Assembly (NCBI GenBank): GCA_040830765.1
Contig: JBFOMH010000005.1
Location: 375,780-439,779 of the forward strand
DNA: 64,000 nucleotides
Direction of reading: 5' to 3'
Source of the DNA: Puniceicoccaceae bacterium
Lineage (GTDB): Bacteria > Verrucomicrobiota > Verrucomicrobiia > Opitutales > Oceanipulchritudinaceae
Both the position numbers and the translations under genes were made by a program. Each line of letters opens with the position of its first letter. Position 1 is the first letter of the stretch. The notes beneath the pieces were generated by a model that was not told where the DNA came from, did not search any database, and saw only the letters and a program-made list of their open reading frames with translations. Positions 48,453 to 59,299 of this stretch are shown piece after piece.

Positions 48453-50990
48453 TTGCCGGAAAACAACAAGACCCTCATCATTGCCGAAAAGCCCAGCGTG
48501 GCCCAGGATATCGCCCGGGCCATCGGTAAGTTCAAGAAAACCGACACCGGATTCGAGAACGATGACTATGTCATCAGTTCCGCCGTCGGACACCTCGTCG
48601 AACTCTTCATGCCCGAAGATATCGACAAGAAGGAATATGGCTTCTGGCGCCTCGGCAGCCTGCCGATCATTCCCAAGACCTTCAAGCTGAAGCCGATCAG
48701 CGACAAGCGGAGCAAGGAACGCTTCCAGGCACTGAAAAAGCTGATCGCCCGCAAGGACGTTACGGAAATCTACAACGCCTGTGACGCCGGTCGCGAGGGC
48801 GAGCTCATCTTTACCTACATCTACGAACTCTGCAAAAGCAAGAAACCGTTCAAGCGGGTCTGGATGCAGTCCATGACTCCCCAGTCCATCCGCGAAGCCT
48901 TCGAAGCGCTCCGCGGTCCCGAGCAGATGCAGGGCTTGCAGGATGCGGCCCGCAGCCGTTCTGAAGCCGACTGGCTAATCGGGATCAACGGCACCCGCGC
49001 CATCACCAAGCGGATGTTCGGCCGCAGCAAGGGAGTGGCCACAGTGGGACGAGTCCAGACCCCCACCCTGTCGATTGTCCTGGAAAGGGAATTTGCCATC
49101 CGCAACTTCAAGCCGCGGCCCTTCTGGCGCATCGAGGGCAAGTTCAACGTTACCGAAGGTGAATACAGCGGCTTCCTGCAACGAGTGGACAAGGTCGACA
49201 AGGAAAAGGATCCCCACGACAAGCCGGACCGGTTCTGGGATTCGGAAGCCGCTGATGCTCTGGTCGCCCGCCTCAACGAAGCCAAGGGAGCGGTTGTTTC
49301 CGACAAGAAAAAGCGCACCCGCCAGTCCAGCGGCCGGCTTTATGACCTCACCTCCCTGCAGCGCGAGGCCAATGGCCGTTACGGCTATTCCGCCGCCCGT
49401 ACCCTGCAGCTGGCCCAGAGTCTCTATGAGCGCCACAAGTTGCTGACCTACCCGCGTACCGACAGCCGGGCTCTGCCGGAAGACTACATCGGCACCGTCA
49501 AGTCGGCCCTTTCCGACCTGACCGGCCCCATCAGCGACCATGCCCGGAAGGTACTCGACAATGACTGGGTCAAGCCGAACAAGCGGATTTTCAACAACAA
49601 GCAGGTCAGCGACCACTTTGCCATCATCCCCACCGGTGAAGTCCCGAAGCGCCTCTCCCCGGAGGAGGAACGGATCTTCGAAATGGTCTGCCAGCGCTTT
49701 GTCGCCATCTTCTTTCCGCCGGCCGAATTCGACGTCACCACCCGTACCACACAAGTGGCCGAGGACCTGAACTTCCTCACCGAGGGCAAGGTCCTCGTCG
49801 AACCGGGCTATCTCCAGGTCTACGGCAAGGCCGGGACCAAGAGCGAGCTCCCTGCCCTTACCGATGCCGACAAGCAGCCGGCATGGCTGGCCGAGGCAGG
49901 GCTTCAGGCTGACGATAACTACAAGTCACGCGTTGCCGCCATCGAGATTCACGAGGAAGCCACCAAGCCGCCTGCCCGCTTTACCGAAGCAACCCTTCTT
50001 AGCGCCATGGAAGGGGCCGGAAAACTCGTCGAGGATGACGATTTGGCCGACGCAATGAAGGAAAAGGGCCTCGGGACACCGGCCACCCGCGCCAGCATCA
50101 TCGACCACCTGGTCCGGGAGAAGTACATCGAGCGGGACGGCCGCAACCTGATGGCCACCGTCAAGGCGGAGAACCTCTTCGAATTCCTCCAGGCGGTGAA
50201 GGCGGATGCCCTCACCCGGCCCGACCTTACCGGCGAGTGGGAATATCGGCTCCGCCACATGGAAACCGGTGAAATTACCCGCCAGGAATTCATGGACGGA
50301 ATTACCAAAATGACCTGCGCCATCGTCGAGAGCGTGAAGACTTTTGAGGAGGACCCTGCCGAGGCGCCGGATTCCTCCATCATCTCCCCGACCGACAACA
50401 AGCCGATGAAGGAACTGCTGCGACATTACCGCTCGCAGGACGGGGAATTGACGGTCTACAAGACCATTTCCAACCGCAAGTTCTCCCCGGAGGAGGTCCA
50501 GACGCTAGTCAAGGAACGGGTTGTCGGCCCCTTGGACGGATTCCGTTCCAAGGCGGGGAAGCCATTCTCCGCTATTCTCCGGCTCGATGCCATGAACAAG
50601 GTCAGTTTTGACTTCGGGGACAATGGAAATGGCAACGGCAATGGCGAAGAGGAAGACCTCAACCTCGATGAACTGCCGGTGGTAGGCAAATTCAAGGAAT
50701 CCGGGGCCGTTGTCTACGAAACCCCGAAGGCCTATGCCTGTGAGCGGACCCTGAAGGGCGAGCCTGGTGATAATTTCCGGCTTTCCCGGACCATGCTTGG
50801 CAAGACCCTTCCCAAGGAGGATGTCGTCAAGCTGCTGGAAGAAGGAAAAACGGGCCTTATCAAGGGCTTCAAGTCCAAGCGCACCGGCCGCAACTTCGAT
50901 GCCTTCCTCATCCTCAAGAAGGGCGGCAATATCGGGTTTGAATTTCCGCCCCGCAAGAAGGTCGCCAAGAAGGCCGCCGCCAAGGAATAA
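48453..50990 (+). CDS. topB: DNA topoisomerase III (type IA)
   Basis: LIIAEKPSVA, NACDAGREGELIF, ADWLIGINGTRA, VGRVQTPTL, catalytic LTYPRTDS and GLGTPATRA. C-terminal GFRSK/GFKSK repeats; TTG start. Confidence 0.93.
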   Translation: MPENNKTLIIAEKPSVAQDIARAIGKFKKTDTGFENDDYVISSAVGHLVELFMPEDIDKKEYGFWRLGSLPIIPKTFKLKPISDKRSKERFQALKKLIARKDVTEIYNACDAGREGELIFTYIYELCKSKKPFKRVWMQSMTPQSIREAFEALRGPEQMQGLQDAARSRSEADWLIGINGTRAITKRMFGRSKGVATVGRVQTPTLSIVLEREFAIRNFKPRPFWRIEGKFNVTEGEYSGFLQRVDKVDKEKDPHDKPDRFWDSEAADALVARLNEAKGAVVSDKKKRTRQSSGRLYDLTSLQREANGRYGYSAARTLQLAQSLYERHKLLTYPRTDSRALPEDYIGTVKSALSDLTGPISDHARKVLDNDWVKPNKRIFNNKQVSDHFAIIPTGEVPKRLSPEEERIFEMVCQRFVAIFFPPAEFDVTTRTTQVAEDLNFLTEGKVLVEPGYLQVYGKAGTKSELPALTDADKQPAWLAEAGLQADDNYKSRVAAIEIHEEATKPPARFTEATLLSAMEGAGKLVEDDDLADAMKEKGLGTPATRASIIDHLVREKYIERDGRNLMATVKAENLFEFLQAVKADALTRPDLTGEWEYRLRHMETGEITRQEFMDGITKMTCAIVESVKTFEEDPAEAPDSSIISPTDNKPMKELLRHYRSQDGELTVYKTISNRKFSPEEVQTLVKERVVGPLDGFRSKAGKPFSAILRLDAMNKVSFDFGDNGNGNGNGEEEDLNLDELPVVGKFKESGAVVYETPKAYACERTLKGEPGDNFRLSRTMLGKTLPKEDVVKLLEEGKTGLIKGFKSKRTGRNFDAFLILKKGGNIGFEFPPRKKVAKKAAAKE

Positions 50991-51084
50991 AGCAGGAGGG
51001 TCCGCGTCCCCCGGACCGGCGGTGGCATCATAATTTCTTGCCAATCCCGTTTCCTTTTTCCGGAAAGCTGCCATAGTTCAAATC

Positions 51085-51441
51085 ATGGCAGGATTAAAAG
51101 TGTATTGCTATGCCAAGTGCGGAACATGCCGCAAGGCACTGAAGTGGCTCGATGCCCGCTCCATCGACTATCAGGAGCTTCCCATTCGGGAAACGCCGCC
51201 CTCATCGGCTGAACTGAAACTGGCGCTCAAGACCGTTGGCAGCATCCGCAAGCTCATCAACACTTCAAGCAAGGACTACCGCGATGCGGGCCTCAAGGAC
51301 AAGCTCGACTCCATGAGCCCGGATGGCGTTTTCGCGCTTCTCCGGGAGAACGGTAACCTCGTCAAGCGACCCTTCGTGGTACAAGGCAAAACTGCCTGGG
51401 CCGGTTTCCGCGAGGCGGACTGGGAAGATCGCCTTTCCTGA
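51085..51441 (+). CDS. ArsC/Spx-family protein
   Basis: CGTCRKALKWL, LINTSSKDYR and LVKRPF. Confidence 0.92.
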   Translation: MAGLKVYCYAKCGTCRKALKWLDARSIDYQELPIRETPPSSAELKLALKTVGSIRKLINTSSKDYRDAGLKDKLDSMSPDGVFALLRENGNLVKRPFVVQGKTAWAGFREADWEDRLS

Positions 51442-51447
51442 TTGCCG

Positions 51448-54400
51448 ATGCCGTCGAAAGCACCAACAGCGATTCGCCTGCGCGGCGTTCGCCAGAACAA
51501 CCTCAAGTCCATCGACCTCGATCTGCCGCTGGGCAAGCTCATCGTTGTCACCGGTCTGAGTGGTGCGGGCAAATCATCGCTGGTCTTTGACGCCTTGCAT
51601 GCGGAGGGACACCGGCGGTATGCGGAAACCTTCAGTCCCTACACGCGTCAATTCCTCGACCTCATGGACCGGCCGGATGTTGATTCCATTGAGAACATCC
51701 GACCCTCGATCGCCATTGAACAGGGCAACACGGTCAAGACCTCCCGCTCCACCGTGGGGACCATGACTGAGCTCTGCGACTACTTCAAGGTCTGGTTCTC
51801 CCATGTCGCCTCCCTCCACGATCCGGAAACCGGAGAGGTCATAACCACAGACACCCCACAGACCATCTGGCGGAAGTCCCTCAAGCGATTCCGGGATGAA
51901 ACTGTCCTGATTGGTTTTGCCGTCAACCGCCCGGGCAAGCTGGAGTGGGCAACCATCCTCAAGTCGGTTACCGGGCAGGGCTACACCCGTGCCGTCAAGC
52001 GTGGGAAGGTTATAAGGCTGGAGGCCATCAAGCCGGAGAAACTGCCTGCGGATTCCATTCTTCACATTATCCAGGACCGCGTCCGCATCCAACCAGGCTC
52101 CCGGGGCCGCTTCATCGACTCAGCAACTTCCGCCCTGCATTTTGGGGATGGTCAACTCCAGCTCTTCAGCCCCGAAGGCAAGCGATTAGCCGAATTTAGT
52201 GAGGGCCTGCATCGTCCGGGGAGCAAAACCCGCTTCCGCCCTGCCACCCCGAACCTGTTTTCCTTCAATTCCCCGCTGGGTGCCTGTCCCCAGTGCCGGG
52301 GCTTTGGTCGCATCATTGAAATTGACGACCGCCTCATCCTTCCTGATCGCACGCTCTCGATTGAGGATGGTGTCATCAAGGCGTTCAGCGGTGCCGTCTA
52401 TTCGGAAAGCCAGCGCGACCTCATCAAGTCCTGTCGACGAAAGAAGATTCCTACCGATGTACCCTGGCAGGACATGCCGGAGAAGCATCGCCAGTTTGTC
52501 CTTGAGGGCGAGCCGGGCTACGGTACTGGCAACAAGCGCTGGCCCAGGGCGTGGTACGGCGTGCGCCGCTTCTTTTCCTGGCTTGAGGAGAACACCTACA
52601 AGATGCACGTCCGGGTGTTCCTTTCCCGCTACCGTTCCTACGTCCCCTGCCCGGCTTGCGGGGGCAGTCGCCTGCAACCCGAATCACTCTGCTGGAAATG
52701 GAAAGGCCATACCCTCCCCGACCTCTACAACCTGCCCATCAAGGAACTGAAGGCACTCATGGATCAGGAGAGTCCCCTTCCCCGCGATTCACAAGCCGAC
52801 GATACCGACCCCCAGTTCGCCCTCGCCAATGAGGCCATCCTGACCCGTCTCTCCTACCTGCAGGCGGTCGGACTCGATTACCTGACCCTGAACCGCTCTT
52901 CGCGGTCGCTCTCCGGCGGGGAAACCCAGCGGGTCAATTTGACCTCCTGCCTTGGGACGGCCCTGGTCGACACTCTTTTCATTCTCGACGAACCATCCAT
53001 TGGCCTGCATTGCCGCGACATCGACCGGCTCATCAGCATCTTGAGGCAACTGACCAACGTCGGGAACACAGTGGTTGTGGTTGAACACGATGAGGCCATC
53101 ATGGCCGCAGCCGACATGATCGTGGAAATTGGCCCCGAGCCCGGCAAGGCCGGTGGGGAAGTCGTCTACGCCGGCCCGGTTGGTGGCTTGAAGAAACGCA
53201 AAACCTCTCCAACCGGACAATTTTTGTCGGGAGACCGAAGGATTCCCCTCCCCGCTCAACGCCGGGCGGTCAACGGGCAATGTTCCTACCTGCGGCTGGG
53301 CGGCGTAACGAAGCACAACCTCCGCGATCTCGATGTCGATATCCCATTGCAGCGCCTTGTCGTCCTCAGCGGGGTTAGCGGATCCGGCAAGTCCACCCTT
53401 CTCCACAATGCCATCTACCAGGGCTTGCTCGCCCGCAGTGGCAAAGCTTGTGAGGATCCGGCCAGGATTGCCGAGCTCTCCACCGACCGGGGATTTGGGG
53501 AAGTGCTCCTTGTCGACCAGTCCCCGGCCAGCCGTACTCCACGTTCCAATCCGGCCCTCTTTGTCGGGGCATGGGACGGAATCCGGAAATTGTTTGCCGA
53601 AACGGAAGCAGCGCAAAAGGCCGGCCTGACCGCCTCCTCCTTTTCCTTTAACGCCGGGAACGGCCGCTGCCCGCATTGCCAGGGTCTTGGCTATGAACGG
53701 GTGGAAATGCAATTCATGGCGGATATCTTTGTCCCCTGCCCGGTCTGTGAAGGCCGCCAGTTCACGGAGGAGGTGCTTTCAATCCGCTGGAACCGGTTTT
53801 CGGTCACGGAGGTCCTGGCCATGAACGTCTCCGAGGCCATCGAAGTATTTTCCAAGGTGCCCGGCGTGGTCAAGAAGCTTCAGGGCCTTGAGGAGGTCGG
53901 GCTCGGCTACCTCCCGCTGGGCCAGCCGTTGAACACCCTTTCCGGCGGCGAGTCCCAGCGGCTGAAGCTCATTCGCTACCTCGGTTCCCTGCAAAACCGA
54001 CAGAACCCGGCCCTGCTCCTGCTCGATGAGCCGACAACGGGTCTTCACATGGCTGACATTGAACGTTTGTTGCTGGTCCTGCAGAAGCTGGTCGACGCCG
54101 GTCACTCCCTCATTGTCATTGAGCACCATCCGGATGTCATTCGCGCAGCCGACTGGGTCCTCGAACTAGGGCCGGAAGCGGGTGATGCCGGAGGCGAACT
54201 GGTCTATAGTGGCCCGCCGGACGGGTATGGGAAAAAGAACACCGCCACGGCACCCTATGTCGTTGAAGAGTCACGACGGAAATCCGACTACAAGACGATA
54301 TCACGCACCAAAGGCATCAAACGCAAGATCGGCAGCAACCAACTGGAACTGACCGGTGCCCGCGAGCACAACCTGAAGAACCTCTCCACCCGGATTCCCC

Positions 54401-57003
54401 GCGAGGCCATGACGGTTGTTACCGGGGTCAGCGGATCGGGCAAGTCCACCCTCGCCTTTGATATCATCTTCGCGGAGGGCCAGCGCCGCTTCATGGAATC
54501 GATGTCCTCCTGGGCGCGGCAATATGTCGAGCAGATGCCAAAACCGGATATCGACCACCTCAGTGGCATCTCCCCCACCGTGGCCATCGAGCAGCGGGTA
54601 ACCCGCGGGACCCGGAAATCCACCGTGGCTACGATTACTGAAGTCGCCCAGTACCTGCGGCTTCTCTATGCCCGCGTGGGTGTCCAGCATAGCCCGACAA
54701 CGGGAGAACCCCTGGTCGCCCTGCGGGAAGACGCCATCGTGGCCCATGTAGGTAAACGCATCAAGGCCTTGCGCCCGAAACGCGGAGCCACCCTTGTTCA
54801 TTTGCTCGCCCCGCTGGTCCGCGGCCGCAAGGGCCACCACGAACCGCTGGCCAACTGGGCCCGGAAGCAGGGTTACAAACTCCTGCGCATCGATGGCGGT
54901 TGGACACCCCTGGACCAGTTCCAGAAGCTGGACCGCTACCGGGAGCATGATGTCGATCTCGTTGTCGCAACGGCAACCGTACCCGCGACAGGACCGGTCA
55001 AGTTGCGATTGCCGTCCGGCGAACCTGTCAAGACGGAGGCTGCCGTGGCATCAGCACTTGATTCGGGTAAGGGAAGTTTCTACATCCTGGCCGACCACGG
55101 AAAGCAACCGGTTTGGTTTTCCACCCGCCGGTCCGATCCGGTCAGCGGCGAGGCTTTCCCGGAGCTCGACCCCAAGGACTTCTCCTGGAACGCACCCCGT
55201 GGGTGGTGCCCGACCTGTCGCGGTCATGGTGTCCTCTATCCTTGGATGAAAGAGGACGAGCGCTTTCAGCTGGTGGAGGATTCCATCGAGGAGGCCGAGG
55301 ACTGTCCGGACTGCCACGGGCAACGGCTCAATGCCGTCAGCCGGGCGGTCTATTTGAAAGATGTAGCGGGTAATAACTACAACTTGCCTGAATTGCTGTC
55401 CCTGACCCCCGGACGCCTCCTGAAGACCCTCAAGGACCTCGAGCTGGATGCCCGCGACCGGAAGATTGTCGATGAAATCTATCCGGAGGTTAAGGAGCGG
55501 CTCACCTTCATGGATGAAGTTGGCTTGCAGTACCTCTCCCTCGATCGGCCCACCAACACCCTCTCCGGAGGAGAAGCCCAGCGGATTCGACTAGCTGCCC
55601 AACTGGGCTCCAATCTCGCCGGGGCCCTCTATGTCCTTGATGAGCCTTCCATCGGACTGCACGAGCGGGATAACCAGCGTCTTCTGGAGTCCCTCGACCA
55701 GCTGAAAAGGAAGGGCAACACCCTCCTCGTCGTCGAGCATGATCCCCTGACCATGCGGCAGGCCGATCATGTCATCGACCTTGGACCGGGAGCGGGCCGC
55801 AACGGGGGCGAAATCCTAGCCGCCGGTACGGTAGCCAAGCTGCTCAAGAGCCGCCGCAGCTTGACGGGCAAGTATCTCAAGAAGGGCCTCATGCACCCGT
55901 CGCGGGGGATGTGGCGATCCCTCCCGGAGGCATTCAACGCCCGCAAGCCAGCGTCGCGCGAGGCATGGATGGTTCTGCGGAACGCTTCCCTGCGCAACCT
56001 CAAGGGTCTGGAAGTCCGGTTTCCCAAGCAGCGGCTGATTATGGTTTGCGGGATCTCCGGTGCCGGAAAATCAACCCTGGTCCGGGACCTGCTCATGCCG
56101 TCAGTCAAGGAGGCCATTCGCAGCGGACAATCAACGCTCAAGGGATCGCCGCTCCGCGATGGTTTCAGCTCCCTTTTGGGTGCCCATTCCTTCCGCACCG
56201 TTATCGAGGTGGACCAGTCCCCCATCGGAAAGACACCCCGCTCGACGCCGGCCACCTACATCGGGGCCTTCGACCAGATCCGGAAGTTCTTTGCCAATAC
56301 GCCGGAAGCACGGCTCCACGGCCACACCCCCGGCACCTTTTCCTTCAATACCAAGGGGGGGCGCTGCGAAACCTGCAAGGGAGCCGGCCGCATCAAGCTG
56401 GAAATGAACTTCATGCCGGACACCTATGTGCCCTGCGATGATTGCAATGGACGGCGCTACGGCACCGAGCTGGATGAGGTTCGCTGGAACGGGAAAACCA
56501 TCGCCGATGTCCTCGATATGTCCTTTGAAGAGGCAGCGGACTTCTTTTCCTTTGATTCCCGATTGGGGGCCCTTCTCGAACTGATGGTCAGGACTGGTCT
56601 GGGCTACCTTACCCTCGGGCAAAGCTCACCCACCCTCTCTGGAGGGGAAGCCCAGCGGCTCAAGCTGGTCAGTGAGCTGGCCAAGGGCCTGCCAACGTTT
56701 CAGGAGCGAAAGACCGCGTCCATCCAACCCAACCTCTACATCCTCGAGGAGCCGACAATTGGACTGCACCTCCACGATTGTGAGCGATTGACACGTCTCC
56801 TCCACGAACTGGTCGACCAGGGCCACACCATCATTGTCATTGAACACAATCTCGATCTGGTTGCTGAAGGGGACTACCTGATTGAAGTCGGTCCTGAAGG
56901 CGGTGAATTGGGTGGGGAAATCCTATATCAGGGACCGGTCGATGGCTTGAAAATGATCAAGAATTCGCCCACTTCACCATTTCTTAACGAAATCTTAACA
57001 TAA
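51448..57003 (+). CDS. uvrA: Excinuclease ABC subunit A, fused tandem (double-length) form
   Basis: About 1850 aa with four Walker A motifs (GLSGAGKSS, GVSGSGKST x2, GISGAGKST), four LSGGE signatures and several CxxC zinc motifs. Confidence 0.96.
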   Translation: MPSKAPTAIRLRGVRQNNLKSIDLDLPLGKLIVVTGLSGAGKSSLVFDALHAEGHRRYAETFSPYTRQFLDLMDRPDVDSIENIRPSIAIEQGNTVKTSRSTVGTMTELCDYFKVWFSHVASLHDPETGEVITTDTPQTIWRKSLKRFRDETVLIGFAVNRPGKLEWATILKSVTGQGYTRAVKRGKVIRLEAIKPEKLPADSILHIIQDRVRIQPGSRGRFIDSATSALHFGDGQLQLFSPEGKRLAEFSEGLHRPGSKTRFRPATPNLFSFNSPLGACPQCRGFGRIIEIDDRLILPDRTLSIEDGVIKAFSGAVYSESQRDLIKSCRRKKIPTDVPWQDMPEKHRQFVLEGEPGYGTGNKRWPRAWYGVRRFFSWLEENTYKMHVRVFLSRYRSYVPCPACGGSRLQPESLCWKWKGHTLPDLYNLPIKELKALMDQESPLPRDSQADDTDPQFALANEAILTRLSYLQAVGLDYLTLNRSSRSLSGGETQRVNLTSCLGTALVDTLFILDEPSIGLHCRDIDRLISILRQLTNVGNTVVVVEHDEAIMAAADMIVEIGPEPGKAGGEVVYAGPVGGLKKRKTSPTGQFLSGDRRIPLPAQRRAVNGQCSYLRLGGVTKHNLRDLDVDIPLQRLVVLSGVSGSGKSTLLHNAIYQGLLARSGKACEDPARIAELSTDRGFGEVLLVDQSPASRTPRSNPALFVGAWDGIRKLFAETEAAQKAGLTASSFSFNAGNGRCPHCQGLGYERVEMQFMADIFVPCPVCEGRQFTEEVLSIRWNRFSVTEVLAMNVSEAIEVFSKVPGVVKKLQGLEEVGLGYLPLGQPLNTLSGGESQRLKLIRYLGSLQNRQNPALLLLDEPTTGLHMADIERLLLVLQKLVDAGHSLIVIEHHPDVIRAADWVLELGPEAGDAGGELVYSGPPDGYGKKNTATAPYVVEESRRKSDYKTISRTKGIKRKIGSNQLELTGAREHNLKNLSTRIPREAMTVVTGVSGSGKSTLAFDIIFAEGQRRFMESMSSWARQYVEQMPKPDIDHLSGISPTVAIEQRVTRGTRKSTVATITEVAQYLRLLYARVGVQHSPTTGEPLVALREDAIVAHVGKRIKALRPKRGATLVHLLAPLVRGRKGHHEPLANWARKQGYKLLRIDGGWTPLDQFQKLDRYREHDVDLVVATATVPATGPVKLRLPSGEPVKTEAAVASALDSGKGSFYILADHGKQPVWFSTRRSDPVSGEAFPELDPKDFSWNAPRGWCPTCRGHGVLYPWMKEDERFQLVEDSIEEAEDCPDCHGQRLNAVSRAVYLKDVAGNNYNLPELLSLTPGRLLKTLKDLELDARDRKIVDEIYPEVKERLTFMDEVGLQYLSLDRPTNTLSGGEAQRIRLAAQLGSNLAGALYVLDEPSIGLHERDNQRLLESLDQLKRKGNTLLVVEHDPLTMRQADHVIDLGPGAGRNGGEILAAGTVAKLLKSRRSLTGKYLKKGLMHPSRGMWRSLPEAFNARKPASREAWMVLRNASLRNLKGLEVRFPKQRLIMVCGISGAGKSTLVRDLLMPSVKEAIRSGQSTLKGSPLRDGFSSLLGAHSFRTVIEVDQSPIGKTPRSTPATYIGAFDQIRKFFANTPEARLHGHTPGTFSFNTKGGRCETCKGAGRIKLEMNFMPDTYVPCDDCNGRRYGTELDEVRWNGKTIADVLDMSFEEAADFFSFDSRLGALLELMVRTGLGYLTLGQSSPTLSGGEAQRLKLVSELAKGLPTFQERKTASIQPNLYILEEPTIGLHLHDCERLTRLLHELVDQGHTIIVIEHNLDLVAEGDYLIEVGPEGGELGGEILYQGPVDGLKMIKNSPTSPFLNEILT

Positions 57004-57096
57004 ATTTACTTGTTTCTACGCTTTTAATTGATAAAACAAAACAATCTACCGGTGTTACAGCCGAGATTACCTGTAATTTTTATCAACCAGCGAGTC

Positions 57097-57366
57097 ATGA
57101 GCAAGTCCCTCTTTGTCGGCAACATCGCCTACGGCGCGATGGAAATGGAAATCCGCGAACTGTTTTCCTCCTATGGGACCGTCCAGAATGTTCGCTTTGC
57201 GATGGATCATCGGCGCGGCCGCTTCAGGGGATTCGGATTCGTCATCATGTCCGACAATGATGCCGAGGTAGCCGTCCAGGAGCTGGACGGAACAGAGTTC
57301 CAGGGTCGCCGGCTCAAGGTTAGCGTAGCCCGGGCCTCCCGGGAAGCCAGCCTTCAATCAGCCTGA
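57097..57366 (+). CDS. RRM (RNP-1) RNA-binding protein
   Basis: RNP2 LFVGNI and RNP1 RGFGFVIM; start ATG 57097. Confidence 0.95.
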   Translation: MSKSLFVGNIAYGAMEMEIRELFSSYGTVQNVRFAMDHRRGRFRGFGFVIMSDNDAEVAVQELDGTEFQGRRLKVSVARASREASLQSA

Positions 57367-57369
57367 GCC

Positions 57370-58221
57370 TCAGGACTCGGTCAGTTTCCCATAGAATTCC
57401 GGACGGCGGTCGCGGAAGAATCCCATTGAGGCCCGCTTCGCTCGGATATCTTCGAGGTCAAAGGCCTGCAGGAGTACCTTTTCTTCCTCCGGCTCTGCCT
57501 CAGCGAGAATTTCCCCATAACAATCCGTGATGAAACTGTGCCCGTAGAAAATCTGCCCGCCTTCGTTGCCGATGCGGTTGGCGGCAATCACTGGGATGAT
57601 ATTGGCTACCGCATGGCCCTGCATGACCCGTTGCCACATCCGGCTGGTATCAAGGTCCGGTTCCTCCGGCTCCGAGCCGATGGCGGTCGGATAGAGGAGG
57701 AGGTCCGCGCCCATCAGGGTCATGGCCCGGGCACACTCCGGGAACCACTGGTCCCAGCAAATCCCCACGCCCAAGGTCCCGAACTTTGTTTCCCAGACTT
57801 TAAACCCCGTATTGCCGGGGCGAAAATAGAATTTTTCCTCGTATCCCGGGCCGTCGGGAATGTGCGTCTTGCGGTAGCGGCCCATCACCTCTCCCTCATG
57901 GTCAACCATGACCACCGTGTTGTAATAGGCCTGGCCGTCCCGTTCAAACAGGGAAACAGGGATAACAATCCCTAGTTCCGCCGCCAGGGCGGACATGACC
58001 TCAAGCACCGGGTGTGCACCCAAGGGATAGGCCATGGAGAAGAAGCTTTCCTTTTCCTCCCGGCAGAAATAAGGACCTTGAAACAATTCCGGAGGCAGGA
58101 CGACCTGAGCACCCTGCCCGGCTGCTTTTCGGACAAGGTTCTCTACCCGGTCGAGGTTTTCTTTAATCGGACCACCTAGAGACAACTGGAGGGCAGCAAC
58201 GCTTGTATGAGCTGAATCCAT
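57370..58221 (-). CDS. aguB: N-carbamoylputrescine amidase
   Basis: Nitrilase triad motifs LPPELF, YRKTHIPDGPGYEEKFYF and GICWDQWFPE; YPTAIGSEP; adjacent to aguA. Confidence 0.95.
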   Translation of the reverse strand: MDSAHTSVAALQLSLGGPIKENLDRVENLVRKAAGQGAQVVLPPELFQGPYFCREEKESFFSMAYPLGAHPVLEVMSALAAELGIVIPVSLFERDGQAYYNTVVMVDHEGEVMGRYRKTHIPDGPGYEEKFYFRPGNTGFKVWETKFGTLGVGICWDQWFPECARAMTLMGADLLLYPTAIGSEPEEPDLDTSRMWQRVMQGHAVANIIPVIAANRIGNEGGQIFYGHSFITDCYGEILAEAEPEEEKVLLQAFDLEDIRAKRASMGFFRDRRPEFYGKLTES

Positions 58222-58262
58222 AAGGATAGAATGCTAGGCAATCATCCGTCCCGGGCAAGCCC

Positions 58263-59294
58263 TCACAAGGGTTGCTGTTGGGTGATACAGTGGAAGGCCC
58301 CGCCACCCATGAGGAGCCCAAGGGCTGGCAGACCGACTACCTCCCGGCCCGGAAAAAGATCCTGCAATTGCTGCAGTGCCTTTTCCTCGAAATCCGTTCC
58401 ATAGACCGGGACCAGGACCCGGTGGTTGGCAATGTAGAAATTCATGTGGCTGGCCGGGACAATCGAACCGTCCGGGCCAGTGACCTTGCCGGGGGACGGG
58501 ATCTCAATGACCTCCAATGCGCGACCAGAGGGTGTACGGTAGGCCCGCAAGTCAGCGGCAATCTGTTCCATGACAGCCTCGTTGGGATCATCCGCGCCCG
58601 AGGGATGCTGGCACACCACCTTACCTGGGCCGACAAAGCGGGCGATATTGTCGACATGTCCGTCCGTATGGTCGTTGAGTAATCCGTCCTCCAGCCAGAT
58701 CAGGGAGTCCACTCCCAGGTGTTCCTCTAGCAGGCGTTCCATGTCCTGTTGCGAAGCGTTCGGGTTCCGGTTTGGATTGAGCAGGCAGCTGCGTGTTGTC
58801 AGGCCAAGTCCGGTCCCGTCAACGTCAAGTGCCCCACCCTCGAAGATCTCCGGGATACGCTGGCCCGCCAATCCGCTAACGGAAGCAATCCTCTGGCCCA
58901 CGGTGTCATCGTGCTCCATGAGGTACTTGCCGCCCCAGCCATTGTAGCCGAAAACCCGATACTGGAGTGAGCCCTCAGAATCCCGGACGAAGATGGGCCC
59001 GATGTCACGGAACCAGATATCTCCCAATGGCTGCTCCGTAATGACAATATCCATACCCGCAAGCGTGCTGCGGGCGGAACCCGTAGCGGAGGGATCCACC
59101 CACAGGTGCACCCGTTCGGGGGAAGCCCCATCATGACAAGGTTCGCTCAAGGACTTGAGCATCCGGGCGACATCAACCCGGGCCGCCTCAAAGTGGCCCT
59201 CCCAGTATTCAGCATGGCTCGGCCAGGCCGTCCACACCGCGGCATGCGGTTCCCATTCCGCAGGCTGGCGAACGCAAGGCGGGCCGCTTGGCAT
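58263..59294 (-). CDS. aguA: Agmatine deiminase
   Basis: PAEWEPH, DIWFRDIGP, NGWGGKY, EGGALDVDG, DHTDGHVD and GGGAFHCITQQQP. Confidence 0.96.
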   Translation of the reverse strand: MPSGPPCVRQPAEWEPHAAVWTAWPSHAEYWEGHFEAARVDVARMLKSLSEPCHDGASPERVHLWVDPSATGSARSTLAGMDIVITEQPLGDIWFRDIGPIFVRDSEGSLQYRVFGYNGWGGKYLMEHDDTVGQRIASVSGLAGQRIPEIFEGGALDVDGTGLGLTTRSCLLNPNRNPNASQQDMERLLEEHLGVDSLIWLEDGLLNDHTDGHVDNIARFVGPGKVVCQHPSGADDPNEAVMEQIAADLRAYRTPSGRALEVIEIPSPGKVTGPDGSIVPASHMNFYIANHRVLVPVYGTDFEEKALQQLQDLFPGREVVGLPALGLLMGGGAFHCITQQQPL

Positions 59295-59299
59295 CCCGG

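Noticed and set aside
50618..50648. NGNGNGNG low-complexity stretch in topB as a phase-variable repeat
   Set aside because: Codons are mixed (AAT/AAC, GGA/GGC) and in frame; a simple linker, not a slippage tract.
57055..57076. TTACAG-N10-CTGTAA inverted repeat upstream of the RRM gene, sharing arms with the 9377-9388 palindrome
   Set aside because: The spacing differs (10 vs 0) and the arms are only 6 bp in AT-rich DNA. It could be a 5'-UTR hairpin, but a shared regulator is unsupported.
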